In this document: one piece after another, positions 53,810 to 63,133 of the stretch
Numbering within the stretch: the stretch's first letter is position 1
Layout: every line of letters begins with the position of its first letter
From: a virus
Lineage: Duplodnaviria; Caudoviricetes
Strand: one strand, 5' to 3'
Virus record (IMG/VR): IMGVR_UViG_3300047447_000196
Coordinates: 1-64,000 of that record
Length of the DNA: 64,000 nucleotides
Notes under the pieces: generated by a model
The model's input: the letters and a program-made list of their open reading frames with translations, nothing else
The model's database searches: none
What the model was told of the DNA's origin: nothing
Translations under genes and position numbers: made by a program

Positions 53810-54160
53810 ATGAGCCGCATCACACCCCACCAGGCCGCGCTGGCCGACGTACTGCCTTTGATTGAATCGCTTGAACTTCCCTACCTGGAAGCCCTGCAAG
53901 GCCTGCTGGCCGAACACGTTGAGAAGCGCCGCTGCGAACGGCTGGCCCATGCGCGCGAGCAGGTCCTGCGCATCGCCCGCAACATCGGCATGACGCCCGA
54001 GCAGCTGATGGACGGCATCCCGCAGCGCGTGTTCCCCAACGCCGGCAAGCCGAAGTATCGCAACCCCGAGACCGGCAAGACCTGGAGCGGCTACGGCACC
54101 GTGCCTATGTGGATCAGGGGCAAGGACCGGACACCGTTCCTGATTGGGGATGAGGAATGA
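53810..54160 (+). CDS. H-NS-family protein 1
   Basis: PKYRNPETGKTWSGYGTVPMWI. Confidence 0.8.
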   Translation: MSRITPHQAALADVLPLIESLELPYLEALQGLLAEHVEKRRCERLAHAREQVLRIARNIGMTPEQLMDGIPQRVFPNAGKPKYRNPETGKTWSGYGTVPMWIRGKDRTPFLIGDEE

Positions 54161-54648
54161 GCGACTTGCACGCCAATTATCAGCAGTATCTGAGCCTGCA
54201 GGATCAGATCAAGAAGCTGCAGGAGCAGGCCACGCTGCTGATGATGGAGGGCCGCAACAAGGCGCTCGAGGACATCAAGGCCCTGGTCTCGGTCTACGAG
54301 ATCCGCGCCGAGGAACTGGGCTACCCGGCCCCGCCAAGCCCGCCCAAGCGCGAGCGCAGGCCCGAGAAGAAGCGCGACCGCACGCCGAAGGGCGCGCCGA
54401 AGTACCGCGACCCCGCGACTGGCGCCACCTGGACCGGCACCGGCCGCACCCCGAACTGGATCATCGACAAGAACTGGGACGAGTTCCTGATCGAAAAACC
54501 CGCACCGGCGCCGACGCCCCAGTACGCGCCCACGCCGTCGCCGGCGGTGGAGGCCAGTCACGCGGTGCATCAGATGGCGTCCAGCGGCCCGGCCCAGCCG
54601 GCGGCGGCCTGGCCGGGCGGTGCGCCGGACTTTGGCCGGCATCGGTAA
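54157..54648 (+). CDS. H-NS-family protein 2
   Basis: N-terminal coiled coil; PKYRDPATGATWTGTGRTPNWI..K..DEFLI. Confidence 0.88.
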   Translation: MSDLHANYQQYLSLQDQIKKLQEQATLLMMEGRNKALEDIKALVSVYEIRAEELGYPAPPSPPKRERRPEKKRDRTPKGAPKYRDPATGATWTGTGRTPNWIIDKNWDEFLIEKPAPAPTPQYAPTPSPAVEASHAVHQMASSGPAQPAAAWPGGAPDFGRHR

Positions 54649-54675
54649 AGTAAATCCGACACGACAGGATGCGAC

Positions 54676-55755
54676 ATGAGTGATACGACTCCGCAGCAGC
54701 GCGCGGTTGAGCAGAAGGTCAAGGCCAAGTCGATGGAGGCGGCCTTGAAGGTCTACGCCCCGCAGCAGCTGCCGTTCTGGCACGACGAGACCCGCGCGAT
54801 CGCCAACGAGCTGACGCGCTGCGGGCTGATCTCGTGCCGCAGCGGCGGGGTCCCGCGCCGCTACTTCGACAACGAGAAGCTGTTCTCGACCGGCAAATCG
54901 ACGGTCTTCTACAAGGGCGAGGAGCTGCGCGGCAACGACGAGGAGACCTTCTTGACGCTGGTGCACATGCTGCGCGAGGCAAAGGCCGGCAAGCTGGTCG
55001 TCAGGACCACCAGTGCCGAGCTGTGCCGCCTGAACGGCTGGGAATCGCGCCAGGTCTACTACAACGAGATCTACAAGTCGGTCCAGCGCCTGTCGGCGGG
55101 GTCGCTGACGATCTACTCGCGGCGGATCAGCAAGATGCGGCGCTACCAGAAGGCGCGCGATGCCGGCGTCAACGAGGCCGAGCTGGCCCGCCTGTGGGAC
55201 GAGATCCGCCAGGAGGAAGACGACAGGCCGGACGACGAGGACGACGGCCAGCCCGGCAACGACGAAGCCGAGGGCGAAGGCCTGATCGTCTCGATGGTCG
55301 GCAGCCGGATCAAGTTCGAGGGATCGACCGGGCTGGTCAACAAGATCCCGCAGGGGAACCTGACCTGGGAGATCCCGCTCGAGGAGGAGATGGTGTTCCT
55401 GTTCGCCAAGCAATGGCTGACCCTGATGCCGCAGCCGTCACGCCGGAAGCTCAGCACTGGCGGGCGCCGCCTGCAGGCCTACTACATGGGCCACCGGAAG
55501 CCGTATGCCGTGCTGGTGAGCACGCTCGCGGGCGTGCTGCAGCTGGACGACAGCAAGGGCAGGATCAAGGAGAACAAGCGCATCGTCAAGAAGCGCCTGC
55601 AGGAGCTGGTCGACGCCAGGGTGCTCGACTCGTTCGAGCTGGACGAAGGCCTGGGCGACGTCCGCGTGCACGTCAAGCGCGGCGCCATGATCGACCAGGC
55701 GCGGCTGGAGATCGACGCCGCCACCGAAAACGACACACCGGAGCAGGCCGGATGA
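54676..55755 (+). CDS. trfA: TrfA-family plasmid replication initiator
   Basis: QLPFW...RAIANELTRCGL...YKGEELRGNDEETFL.LVH...RRLQAYYMGHRKPY; iterons immediately downstream. Confidence 0.78.
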   Translation: MSDTTPQQRAVEQKVKAKSMEAALKVYAPQQLPFWHDETRAIANELTRCGLISCRSGGVPRRYFDNEKLFSTGKSTVFYKGEELRGNDEETFLTLVHMLREAKAGKLVVRTTSAELCRLNGWESRQVYYNEIYKSVQRLSAGSLTIYSRRISKMRRYQKARDAGVNEAELARLWDEIRQEEDDRPDDEDDGQPGNDEAEGEGLIVSMVGSRIKFEGSTGLVNKIPQGNLTWEIPLEEEMVFLFAKQWLTLMPQPSRRKLSTGGRRLQAYYMGHRKPYAVLVSTLAGVLQLDDSKGRIKENKRIVKKRLQELVDARVLDSFELDEGLGDVRVHVKRGAMIDQARLEIDAATENDTPEQAG

Positions 55756-56097
55756 GCCTACTTATCCACAGAAAACGACACACCGGCCACCGAAAACGAC
55801 ACACCTGGGCGCGCAAGGCGACCGAAAACGACACACCGGCACCAGAAAACGACCCACCCTTTACCGATAACGACACACCGTTTACCGATAACGACACACC
55901 GGGGGGTGTGAATAACGGACAAGATATCAACAACTTAGGCAACTTATCCACAAGCGTTAACCTTCTTTTGAACCTTCTTTTAAACCAAAGAGGGGGTAGC
56001 AGTAAAAAAGCGCTGCCAACCAACATGCACGGTGGGTCGTTTCCTTAAAGTTGACTTTACAAATTGTTTAACTGCGGCTTGACGTAAACGACACACC
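55722..56097. repeat. Iteron array with DnaA boxes (plasmid-type oriV)
   Basis: AACGAC(A/C)CACC core at 55731, 55776, 55797, 55829, 55850, 55871, 55892 (CGAC positions; spacings 45,21,32,21,21,21) plus 56089. DnaA boxes TTATCCACA at 55762 and 55944, TGTGAATAA at 55907. AT-rich tract follows. Confidence 0.9.
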
Positions 56098-56345
56098 TTC
56101 GTGAAATTCCACCCCGTCTGTAGGAACGAACCTACAAAAAATCACAGATTCTCACACAAGAAATTTTACAGACCAAAAGCAAGGCGTTGATTGGACAGAA
56201 AATTCCTTGTAACCGGCATGTTGTAGCAAGTAACCACCTGGCAACAACATACTTACAGGCCGACTTAAAAAAAACAAACAAATAGATTGGAAAGCTGTAA
56301 GGATTTCGTTAGGATAAGATTCCAAACAGCAAACTTGTGACGGCC

Positions 56346-58583
56346 ATGACCAAACGATTCTGGAGCGAACGTGAGCTGGACGACCTGGCCCGCGCCTTGC
56401 TGGTGCAGTACCCAAGCCGGGGGCTTGCGAAGGCGCGACAGCCCTACGACATCACGCTGACGGACATTGAATTCACGCCGGTGATGCAAAGCTGCCTCCC
56501 CCCTGACCGGCATGGCCTGCGCCCGAAGCTCCCGCGCCTGAAACGCGACCTGGCCAAGGCGTTCGTCCGCATCGCCAAGCGCGACAGTGTCGAGAGCGAG
56601 TCAGCAGAGCAGGAAAAGCAGGAACAGGAGCAGGGCGCCGCCCGGGTCCGTTGGAGCGATGCCGAGTGGGAGCAGTTCGCTTTCGCCCTGCATGAGCTGT
56701 GCCCCGAGCTGCACCTGGTGAACGCGGTCAACATGTCCGACGTCGCCCTGCACAAGATCAACCAGGCCGCGGCCACCATGCCCGAAGGCCGGCGCCGCAC
56801 TTTCAAGCGCCCGGGTGGCGTCACCGAGCGCCTGGCCGCGATCTACAAGGCGGCGCGCATCGGCCACGACCCGCGCTACTTCAGCGCCGAGACCGACGCC
56901 AGGCCGCGCGATGAAACCGACGAGACACCGGGCGTCGTCACCGAACGCATGCTCAAGACCGGCATCTTCTGGACCGCCGAGGAGTACCGCGCGATCGCCG
57001 CCGAACTGGTGCCGAACTACCCGCGCGCCCTCGTCGATGGCACCCTGCCGGACCTGAACATCACCGATCTGAACCAGGCCATCAGGCGCGCGCTGCCGGA
57101 AGACCGCCAGCGCCGCATGGCCAACCAGGCGCACATCCGCTCGTTCGGCCGGCGCCTGCGCGACACGCTCGACGGCAAGCCGCTGTGGCGCGCCGAGGAC
57201 TTCGCCGCCCACGCCCAGCATATCGAACCGGAACAGCCAGCCCCGGCACCGGCGGTCGTGGAGGAGAAGCCCTGGGCGGCCAAGCTGCGCGAGATCGTGG
57301 TGCCGGCGGCCGTGGAGAAGGCGGCGCCAGCCGCGGCCGAGGCGCCACGCGACCACAGGAGCGGGCCGCGGGTGCTGTGGTCGAGCGCCGAGTGGGACGC
57401 CCTGGTGCGCGAACTGTACCGGCTCGACCCGCTGCTCGAGGCGAGCTTCGCGGCCCTGACCCTGGGACAGCTGAACTCGGCCGCCGAGCGCATGGCGCGG
57501 CCGCGCCGCTTCTTCTCGGTCTCGGCCACCCGCAAGTACCTGGACACGGCGCGCGCGCGCGTGGCGGCCGCCCCGGCGCCGACGCCCACGCCCGCCCCGG
57601 CCCCGATCGAAGCCGTGGCCGCCACCACGCAGGCGCAGAAGACCACGAGCGCGGCCGACAAGCTGTTCGCCCGGATCGAATGGACGCGCGAGGAGTGGCT
57701 GCTGCTGGCCGAGGAAATCCACCGCCTGCACAAGATCCAGAACTACCCGTACGGCCAGAGCCTGGTCGGGCTGGAAACCGAGGACGTCGCGTTCGCCCAG
57801 GAACGGGTGCTGCCGCTCGAACGCCAGCGCCGCTTCCTGAAAGCGGTCTCGTTTTCGACGCTGAAACCGGACCTGCGGCGCGCCTTCGACGACCTGCGCT
57901 TCAAGCTCGACGGCCTGGCCACGCCGCCGGCACCGGCGCCGCAACCCGAACCGGAACCGGCGCCCGTCGCGGTCGAGGTCGCGGCGCCGGTGGTCCCGAC
58001 CGCAGCGCCGGCAGCGGCCGTGCCGCCGGAAGGCCTGGACCCGTACCGCGCCGCGTTCGCCCCGCTGGTGGCCCTGCTGGGCGCCGAGGTGGCGAAACAC
58101 CTGGCCCCGATGATCCAGTCGATGGTCGACCAGGCGCTGGCCGCGCACACGGTCATGGCCGCGCCGGCCGTGAACGACCCGGTGCCGGACGCGCCGCCGC
58201 ACCTGGCCGAGCCGGCGGACTACACGCCGCCGCAGCTGGTCGCGCGCCGCCCGTCCACCAGGTCCGCGCCGGCCGCCCCGCGCAAGCTGGTGGTGGGCGT
58301 GATGGTGAACCGTGGCAAGCAGTACCAGGACGAACTGGAGAAAACGTTCCCGATGGTCTCGATCAGGGTCGGCGACGTCTCGAAGCGCGGCGCCACCGAC
58401 AGCCTGGTCAACTGCGACCGGGTCTGGTCGATGACGCGCTTCATCGACCATTCCGTTGAGGCCAAGCTGAAAAAGCTGGTGGGCGATCGCTACGTGGCCT
58501 GCAACGGCGGCATGACTGACCTGAAACGCAACATCTCCGTGTGGTTGCGCAGCCAGGGTCTCGAGGTGGAACTGGCCGCGTGA
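56346..58583 (+). CDS. Multi-repeat protein: five W(S/T)xxE(W/Y/L) helical repeats + DUF2325-like C-terminus
   Basis: FWSERE, RWSDAEW, FWTAEEY, LWSSAEW, EWTREEW; C-term DRVWSMTRFIDHS...CNGGMTDL. Confidence 0.7.
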   Translation: MTKRFWSERELDDLARALLVQYPSRGLAKARQPYDITLTDIEFTPVMQSCLPPDRHGLRPKLPRLKRDLAKAFVRIAKRDSVESESAEQEKQEQEQGAARVRWSDAEWEQFAFALHELCPELHLVNAVNMSDVALHKINQAAATMPEGRRRTFKRPGGVTERLAAIYKAARIGHDPRYFSAETDARPRDETDETPGVVTERMLKTGIFWTAEEYRAIAAELVPNYPRALVDGTLPDLNITDLNQAIRRALPEDRQRRMANQAHIRSFGRRLRDTLDGKPLWRAEDFAAHAQHIEPEQPAPAPAVVEEKPWAAKLREIVVPAAVEKAAPAAAEAPRDHRSGPRVLWSSAEWDALVRELYRLDPLLEASFAALTLGQLNSAAERMARPRRFFSVSATRKYLDTARARVAAAPAPTPTPAPAPIEAVAATTQAQKTTSAADKLFARIEWTREEWLLLAEEIHRLHKIQNYPYGQSLVGLETEDVAFAQERVLPLERQRRFLKAVSFSTLKPDLRRAFDDLRFKLDGLATPPAPAPQPEPEPAPVAVEVAAPVVPTAAPAAAVPPEGLDPYRAAFAPLVALLGAEVAKHLAPMIQSMVDQALAAHTVMAAPAVNDPVPDAPPHLAEPADYTPPQLVARRPSTRSAPAAPRKLVVGVMVNRGKQYQDELEKTFPMVSIRVGDVSKRGATDSLVNCDRVWSMTRFIDHSVEAKLKKLVGDRYVACNGGMTDLKRNISVWLRSQGLEVELAA

Positions 58584-58646
58584 TCCATTTGTGCCCCTGG
58601 CCGCGCGCCAGTTTGCTATGCTGTGCGCCGACCTTTGGAGAGCAAG

Positions 58647-59273
58647 ATGGCAGACCTGGCAAAAATCCGCGCGCGGGAGAACGATCCGGCGATGTTCGAG
58701 CACGCCGAACGCATGGCGATGCAGCTGAACCAGCGCATCGACAGCGCCGGCATGAGGGCGCTCGGCCTGCAGGCCAAGGCGGCGAAAAGCCCCAAGGCGA
58801 AGGTGATCCTCTTGCGGCAGATGGCCGACAAGCTGGGCGAGGCCGCGCAGGGCCTGGTGCCGTGCAGGAAGGGCTGCAACCACTGCTGCCACATGGCGAC
58901 CATGATCCACCTCGGGGAGGCCGAGGCGATCGCCAAGGCCACCGGCACGAAGATGACGATGCCGAAGGCGTTCAACGTCGACCTGGCCAACGTCGAGAAG
59001 CTGCGCAACCGCTACGACGGCGTGCCGTGCCGGTTCCTGGTGGCCGGCAGCTGCTCGATCTACGCCGAGCGCCCGCTGGCCTGCCGCCTGCACATCGTGG
59101 TCGACCGCGACAACACCCTGTGCGAGATCGTGCCGGGCGAGAAGATCCGCGTGCCGATGGTCGACACGATCAAGTACGACTGGGCGATCTCCGATGCCTG
59201 GGGCGGCCCGCTCGAAATGCGCTACGCCGACATCCGCGAGTTCTTCCCGCCCAAACCCAACAAGAGTAAATGA
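58647..59273 (+). CDS. YkgJ-family Cys-cluster (Fe-S/Zn) protein
   Basis: CRKGCNHCC...PCRFL..GSCSIYAERPLACR. Confidence 0.8.
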   Translation: MADLAKIRARENDPAMFEHAERMAMQLNQRIDSAGMRALGLQAKAAKSPKAKVILLRQMADKLGEAAQGLVPCRKGCNHCCHMATMIHLGEAEAIAKATGTKMTMPKAFNVDLANVEKLRNRYDGVPCRFLVAGSCSIYAERPLACRLHIVVDRDNTLCEIVPGEKIRVPMVDTIKYDWAISDAWGGPLEMRYADIREFFPPKPNKSK

Positions 59274-59491
59274 TGCTGCACACAGAACATAATCCGGGGA
59301 AATACGACACCCTGTGCACCGAGGTGCGCGCGAAGGCCGAGGCGGTCGCCGCCGTGGTCATCATCCTGAGCGGCAACAAGGGCCATGGGTTTTCCGTCCA
59401 GGCGCCGCCCGAGGCGCTGTTCATGCTGCCCGGGATGCTGGAAACCATGGCCGCCGAGATCCGGCGCGACCTGAAAGCGAAAACCTCGTGA
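59270..59491 (+). CDS. Hypothetical protein
   Basis: PGKYD.LC...GNKGHGFSVQA. Confidence 0.65.
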   Translation: MMLHTEHNPGKYDTLCTEVRAKAEAVAAVVIILSGNKGHGFSVQAPPEALFMLPGMLETMAAEIRRDLKAKTS

Positions 59492-59865
59492 GCGACGGCT
59501 ACAAGGTGCGGCGCGAGCACGACTGTATCGTGATCGAGGGCTGGATTCCCGTCACCGACCTGGTCGCGCTGACCCGCGAGTGGGACAAGACCCGCGGCGA
59601 CGGCGAGGCGGCCTGGATCGTCGACAGCCTGCTGGCCTCGCACCTGCAGGTCAACATGGTGCTGGGCACGCCCCAGGCCTGCCTCGCGTGGCGCCAGCAG
59701 CTGGGGATCGCGGTGCCGGACAGCGCCGCGCGGCCGCGCTACCGGCTGGTCGACCAGCCGTACCCCGGGATCGTCTGCGGCAAGTGCGGAATGACCTCGT
59801 ACAACCGCAACGACATCACGCACCGCTACTGCGGCAACTGCAACATCTATCTGGACAACACATGA
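59488..59865 (+). CDS. Hypothetical protein with C-terminal zinc ribbon
   Basis: IVCGKCGMTSYN.NDI.HRYCGNC. Confidence 0.6.
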   Translation: MSDGYKVRREHDCIVIEGWIPVTDLVALTREWDKTRGDGEAAWIVDSLLASHLQVNMVLGTPQACLAWRQQLGIAVPDSAARPRYRLVDQPYPGIVCGKCGMTSYNRNDITHRYCGNCNIYLDNT

Positions 59866-60134
59866 ACATGCGAGACAAGAAGCGCGCCCTGATCGCGCGC
59901 CCGCTGGCGGCCTGGATGCCGCCGTCCGAGGCCGAGCTGGAACTGCTGGCGGCCCTGACCCAGGTGCGCCACGCGCGCGTGGCCTTGCTGCGCAAGCCCG
60001 GCATGCTGGACCAGCTCAAGGGACAGATCAAGCTGATGAACAAGGGCGCGGCCAAGTCGATGCGCAAGATGCTGGCCGAGGACCTGAAACTGATGCTGCT
60101 GCTGGACCGCCAGGAGAGGAGGCGCAGGACATGA
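59862..60134 (+). CDS. Hypothetical protein
   Basis: ATGA-coupled. Confidence 0.5.
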   Translation: MNMRDKKRALIARPLAAWMPPSEAELELLAALTQVRHARVALLRKPGMLDQLKGQIKLMNKGAAKSMRKMLAEDLKLMLLLDRQERRRRT

Positions 60135-60322
60135 ATGTCGGGAAGTACCCGTCCGAGGTGCGGGCCGCGATTGTGAGCCGACATCGGCGCGGCGGCCTGA
60201 CGCATGTGCAACTGGCCGCGCTGTTCGGCGTCAGCCGGGCCACCGTGGGCAAGATCGTGCGGGAAGCGCGGGCGCGGACAATCCCCGTCCGGCTTGACCA
60301 ACAGGAAGGGAGACACGCATGA
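60131..60322 (+). CDS. Small HTH protein
   Basis: THVQLAALFGVSRATVGKIVR. Confidence 0.65.
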   Translation: MNVGKYPSEVRAAIVSRHRRGGLTHVQLAALFGVSRATVGKIVREARARTIPVRLDQQEGRHA

Positions 60323-60717
60323 GTGAGGAATCCGTGCTCGAGGTGTGGGACTATGGCGGCGGCACGTTCGGTGGCCGCCTGGTGCGCCAGGGCGTCGAGC
60401 CGCGCCGCTACGAGGGCTGCGTGAGCGCCGAGAACGTGCGCCAGCTGGCGGTCGCCCTCGGCGAGAAGGTCGACCAGGTGGTGATGCTCGACGCGCCGGT
60501 GCCCTGGCCATTTCTTGCCGCCGCGTCAGGCCCGGCCGCCGGCGCGCCCGACCTGGAAAGGCAGCTGCTGGAGTGCATCCTGCGGCTGAACACCGGCCAG
60601 CGCAAGCGGCTGCTCGGCCTGCTGGCGACCCGCCCGCTGGAACAGCGCGTGCAGTTCGCCGAGCACTGCAACGACCTGGCGGCGGGCGCGGCCCGCACGC
60701 TGCTGGGGCGGCGCTGA
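60319..60717 (+). CDS. Hypothetical protein
   Basis: 132 aa, RBS. Confidence 0.55.
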   Translation: MSEESVLEVWDYGGGTFGGRLVRQGVEPRRYEGCVSAENVRQLAVALGEKVDQVVMLDAPVPWPFLAAASGPAAGAPDLERQLLECILRLNTGQRKRLLGLLATRPLEQRVQFAEHCNDLAAGAARTLLGRR

Positions 60718-60812
60718 TGCCACCAATCCATAACTATTGCCCGCGCGCATAATTAGCATTATGTCAAATACATTCCCAACAAATCTATTTCCAGACACCA
60801 TCGAGGTGTCCC

Positions 60813-61220
60813 TTGACTGACCGCGAAAAAATCAAATCACAATCGACGTTGTATGAACTTGGCGGCGTGCCGGCCGACAAGACAGCCCTGCTCGTCGTTC
60901 TCAAAGGCGAGCACTACACGCCGAATAAGCGATCTACCCAAGTGCTGTTTGACGTGCGTCCGCCCATGATCGAGCTGCGGCGGCGCGGCCCACAGCAGAC
61001 CGAGGACATGACCGGCCGCAAGCTGGGACGCCTGGAAGTTGTCGGCTACTGGGGTAGCACCGGCGTCGGAGCTGCCGGTCAAAAATGGGTATGCCGTTGC
61101 CGTTGCGGGATGTACGTGATTCGGGCTGCCAAGACGATACGTTTGGCGCGCGACCCTGACGACAAATGCGAGCACTGCCGCCACCTTGAATACATCAAGA
61201 AGCAAGGACGCAAGGTATGA
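60813..61220 (+). CDS. Protein resembling the N-terminal DNA-binding part of HNH/AP2 endonucleases
   Basis: DMTGRKLGRLEVVG...WVCRCRCG; no HNH catalytic motif. Confidence 0.5.
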   Translation: MTDREKIKSQSTLYELGGVPADKTALLVVLKGEHYTPNKRSTQVLFDVRPPMIELRRRGPQQTEDMTGRKLGRLEVVGYWGSTGVGAAGQKWVCRCRCGMYVIRAAKTIRLARDPDDKCEHCRHLEYIKKQGRKV

Positions 61221-61546
61221 CGACCCACCTCAACGGGCCGGAACATCCGGCGCAGATCCTCGTGGCCGCCCGGCTCGGTCACGCCGCATGGGACCAGATC
61301 CGGCCCGGCCGGCTCGCCAGCGCGGCCGAACGCGAACAGTTCACGGCCTGGCGCAAGCGACAGGTCGGCCGCGTCACCGGCTGGCAGGTCTTCCAGGGCT
61401 GGCTGCGCGAGCACATGGTCTCGATCGACCCCGGCGAGACGCGCGGCTCGTTCGATGCCTGGCTGCTGGAGGCGCGCTACCACGAATGGGATCTGCTCGA
61501 TGCCTGGATGGCCGCGAAGCAGTTCGCCGCCTGGGCCGGCTGGTAA
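61217..61546 (+). CDS. Trp-rich hypothetical protein
   Basis: 109 aa, coupled. Confidence 0.5.
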   Translation: MTTHLNGPEHPAQILVAARLGHAAWDQIRPGRLASAAEREQFTAWRKRQVGRVTGWQVFQGWLREHMVSIDPGETRGSFDAWLLEARYHEWDLLDAWMAAKQFAAWAGW

Positions 61547-61933
61547 ATGCGCGTGCTCGTCACCGGCGGGCGCAAGTACGCCAACCGGGCGCGGGTCTAC
61601 TCGGCCCTCGACGCGGTGCACGCCAAGCACGGCATCACCCTCCTGATCGAAGGCGGCGCGACCGGCGCCGACCGCCTGGCGCGCCACTGGGCGCAGCTGC
61701 GCGGCGTCCCCTTCCAGACCTGTGACGCCGACTGGGACCGCTACGGCAACGTGGCCGGCCTGCTGCGCAACAGCCAGATGCTGGCCGACTGGAAGCCGGA
61801 GGCGGTCGTCGCCTTCAAGGGCAACAACGGCACCGCCGACATGGTGGCCAAGGCGGAAGCGGCGAAGGTGCCGGTGTGGCGCGTGCCCGAGTTCGCATCA
61901 TCGCCGATACCCCCAAAAATACCCCCAAAATGA
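61547..61933 (+). CDS. DUF2493/YspA (SLOG-fold) protein
   Basis: MRVLVTGGR.Y...IEGGATGAD.LA..WA...ADWDRYG..AG..RNSQML...VVAF.G..GTADMV. Confidence 0.85.
   Translation: MRVLVTGGRKYANRARVYSALDAVHAKHGITLLIEGGATGADRLARHWAQLRGVPFQTCDADWDRYGNVAGLLRNSQMLADWKPEAVVAFKGNNGTADMVAKAEAAKVPVWRVPEFASSPIPPKIPPK
61907..61930 (+). repeat. Tandem 12-bp direct repeat ATACCCCCAAAA x2
   Basis: Exact duplication at 61907-61918 and 61919-61930. Confidence 0.8.
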
Positions 61934-62028
61934 AAAATGCAACTAACCAATATGTAACGCTGCTGGCCTACCGGGTGCCGCTGTCCTGCCGGATGCGCTA
62001 TACTGGCTGCATTCCATAGGAGCAAATC

Positions 62029-62208
62029 GTGAACGCCCTGATCCTCAAGGCAAACAAGTACGGCGTGGTCATCAAGACCCGCAGGCCGAAGCAGAAGCCG
62101 GTCCAGATGGACCTGTCCGGCGAACAAGGCTCGCGCGTGGTCCTGAACAGCGCCAAGCGCGTGATGACGACCCACGCGAAGGTCATCAAGGCCCTGGCCA
62201 ACCGCTGA
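62029..62208 (+). CDS. Putative antitoxin for Doc
   Basis: Hand-translated 59 aa MNALILKANK...SAKRVMTTHAKVIKALANR, directly upstream of doc; AGGAG RBS. Confidence 0.6.
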   Translation: MNALILKANKYGVVIKTRRPKQKPVQMDLSGEQGSRVVLNSAKRVMTTHAKVIKALANR

Positions 62209-62211
62209 TCC

Positions 62212-62577
62212 ATGATCTCGGCGGACAAGGTTCTTGAGATCCACGACTTCATCCTGAGCCAGGAACCTGGCTTGCAGGGCGACCACGGCCGCGCCGCGCT
62301 CGAGGGCGCCCTGTCCCGCATCGACACAGCCATCCACTACGGCGGCCTCGACGACGTGTTCGAGATCGCCGCCATGTACGCGGTGGCCATCGCGCGCGGC
62401 CACGTCTTCAACGACGCCAACAAGCGCACCGCCCTGGTGACGGCCCTGACCTACCTCGACACGCAGGGGATCGAGATCGAGCGCACCGACGCGCTCGAGG
62501 AGATCATGGTCGACGTTGCCGAGGGCACCGTCACGGTCGAGGAACTGGCCGCCCTGCTCGACTCCCTGGCACCATGA
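62212..62577 (+). CDS. doc: Death-on-curing (Fic/Doc) toxin
   Basis: HVFNDANKRTAL, the P1-Doc-type degenerate Fic motif. Confidence 0.9.
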   Translation: MISADKVLEIHDFILSQEPGLQGDHGRAALEGALSRIDTAIHYGGLDDVFEIAAMYAVAIARGHVFNDANKRTALVTALTYLDTQGIEIERTDALEEIMVDVAEGTVTVEELAALLDSLAP

Positions 62578-62897
62578 ACCTCGATTCCCCCGACCTGCTG
62601 GCCCAGGAGCTGGCCACTGTGCGCGCCAACTGGGACCCGTACCTGCTCGACATCACCGTCAAGCACGGCCGCATCTGCGGCATCCAGAAATTCATGTACA
62701 CCTGGGCGATCCTGGCCGACCTGACGCCGTGGGGCTACGCGCGCAACGGCCGCTGGTGCTACGGCAGCTACGAGAAGGCGAAGGCCGCGCTCGATGCCTG
62801 GTCCGGCGAGGACGGCACCGACCCCGAGGGCTGGCACCGGCATCCCGATTCTGGCCGCCGCCGCGAGCCGGACGGCCGCGAGTACGTGATGCCATGA
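62574..62897 (+). CDS. Phage hypothetical protein
   Basis: FMYTWAI...RWCY...A.AALDAW.G....GWHRHP.SGRRR. Confidence 0.65.
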   Translation: MNLDSPDLLAQELATVRANWDPYLLDITVKHGRICGIQKFMYTWAILADLTPWGYARNGRWCYGSYEKAKAALDAWSGEDGTDPEGWHRHPDSGRRREPDGREYVMP

Positions 62898-63133
62898 ACA
62901 CGACCTACAAGCGCGGCAAGTTCGTGCAGGTCGACTACCACGGCCAGAGCGTCAAAGCCATGATCCTGCTGGTCTCCCCCAACGGCCGCAGCCTGATGCT
63001 GGGATTCTCGGGCGCCCTGCGCACGCCCAGCGGCGGCATGATGGTCAGCAACATCCCGCTGCTGATGGACGACGATGGCGTGTACCGCGACCTGGTCGAG
63101 AACGCGCCGGCCACGCTAAAGCCGTTAACGTAA
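62894..63133 (+). CDS. Hypothetical protein
   Basis: MNTTYKRGKF..., coupled. Confidence 0.55.
   Translation: MNTTYKRGKFVQVDYHGQSVKAMILLVSPNGRSLMLGFSGALRTPSGGMMVSNIPLLMDDDGVYRDLVENAPATLKPLT

Noticed and set aside
55722-55901. CRISPR array
   Set aside because: Repeats are about 17-19 bp with 21-bp periodicity and no 30-40-bp unique spacers. They have DnaA boxes and follow a Rep gene, so they are iterons. No cas genes.
60813-61220. Homing endonuclease that mobilises the capsid introns
   Set aside because: Only the N-terminal CxCxCG-type segment is present; no HNH catalytic motif seen.
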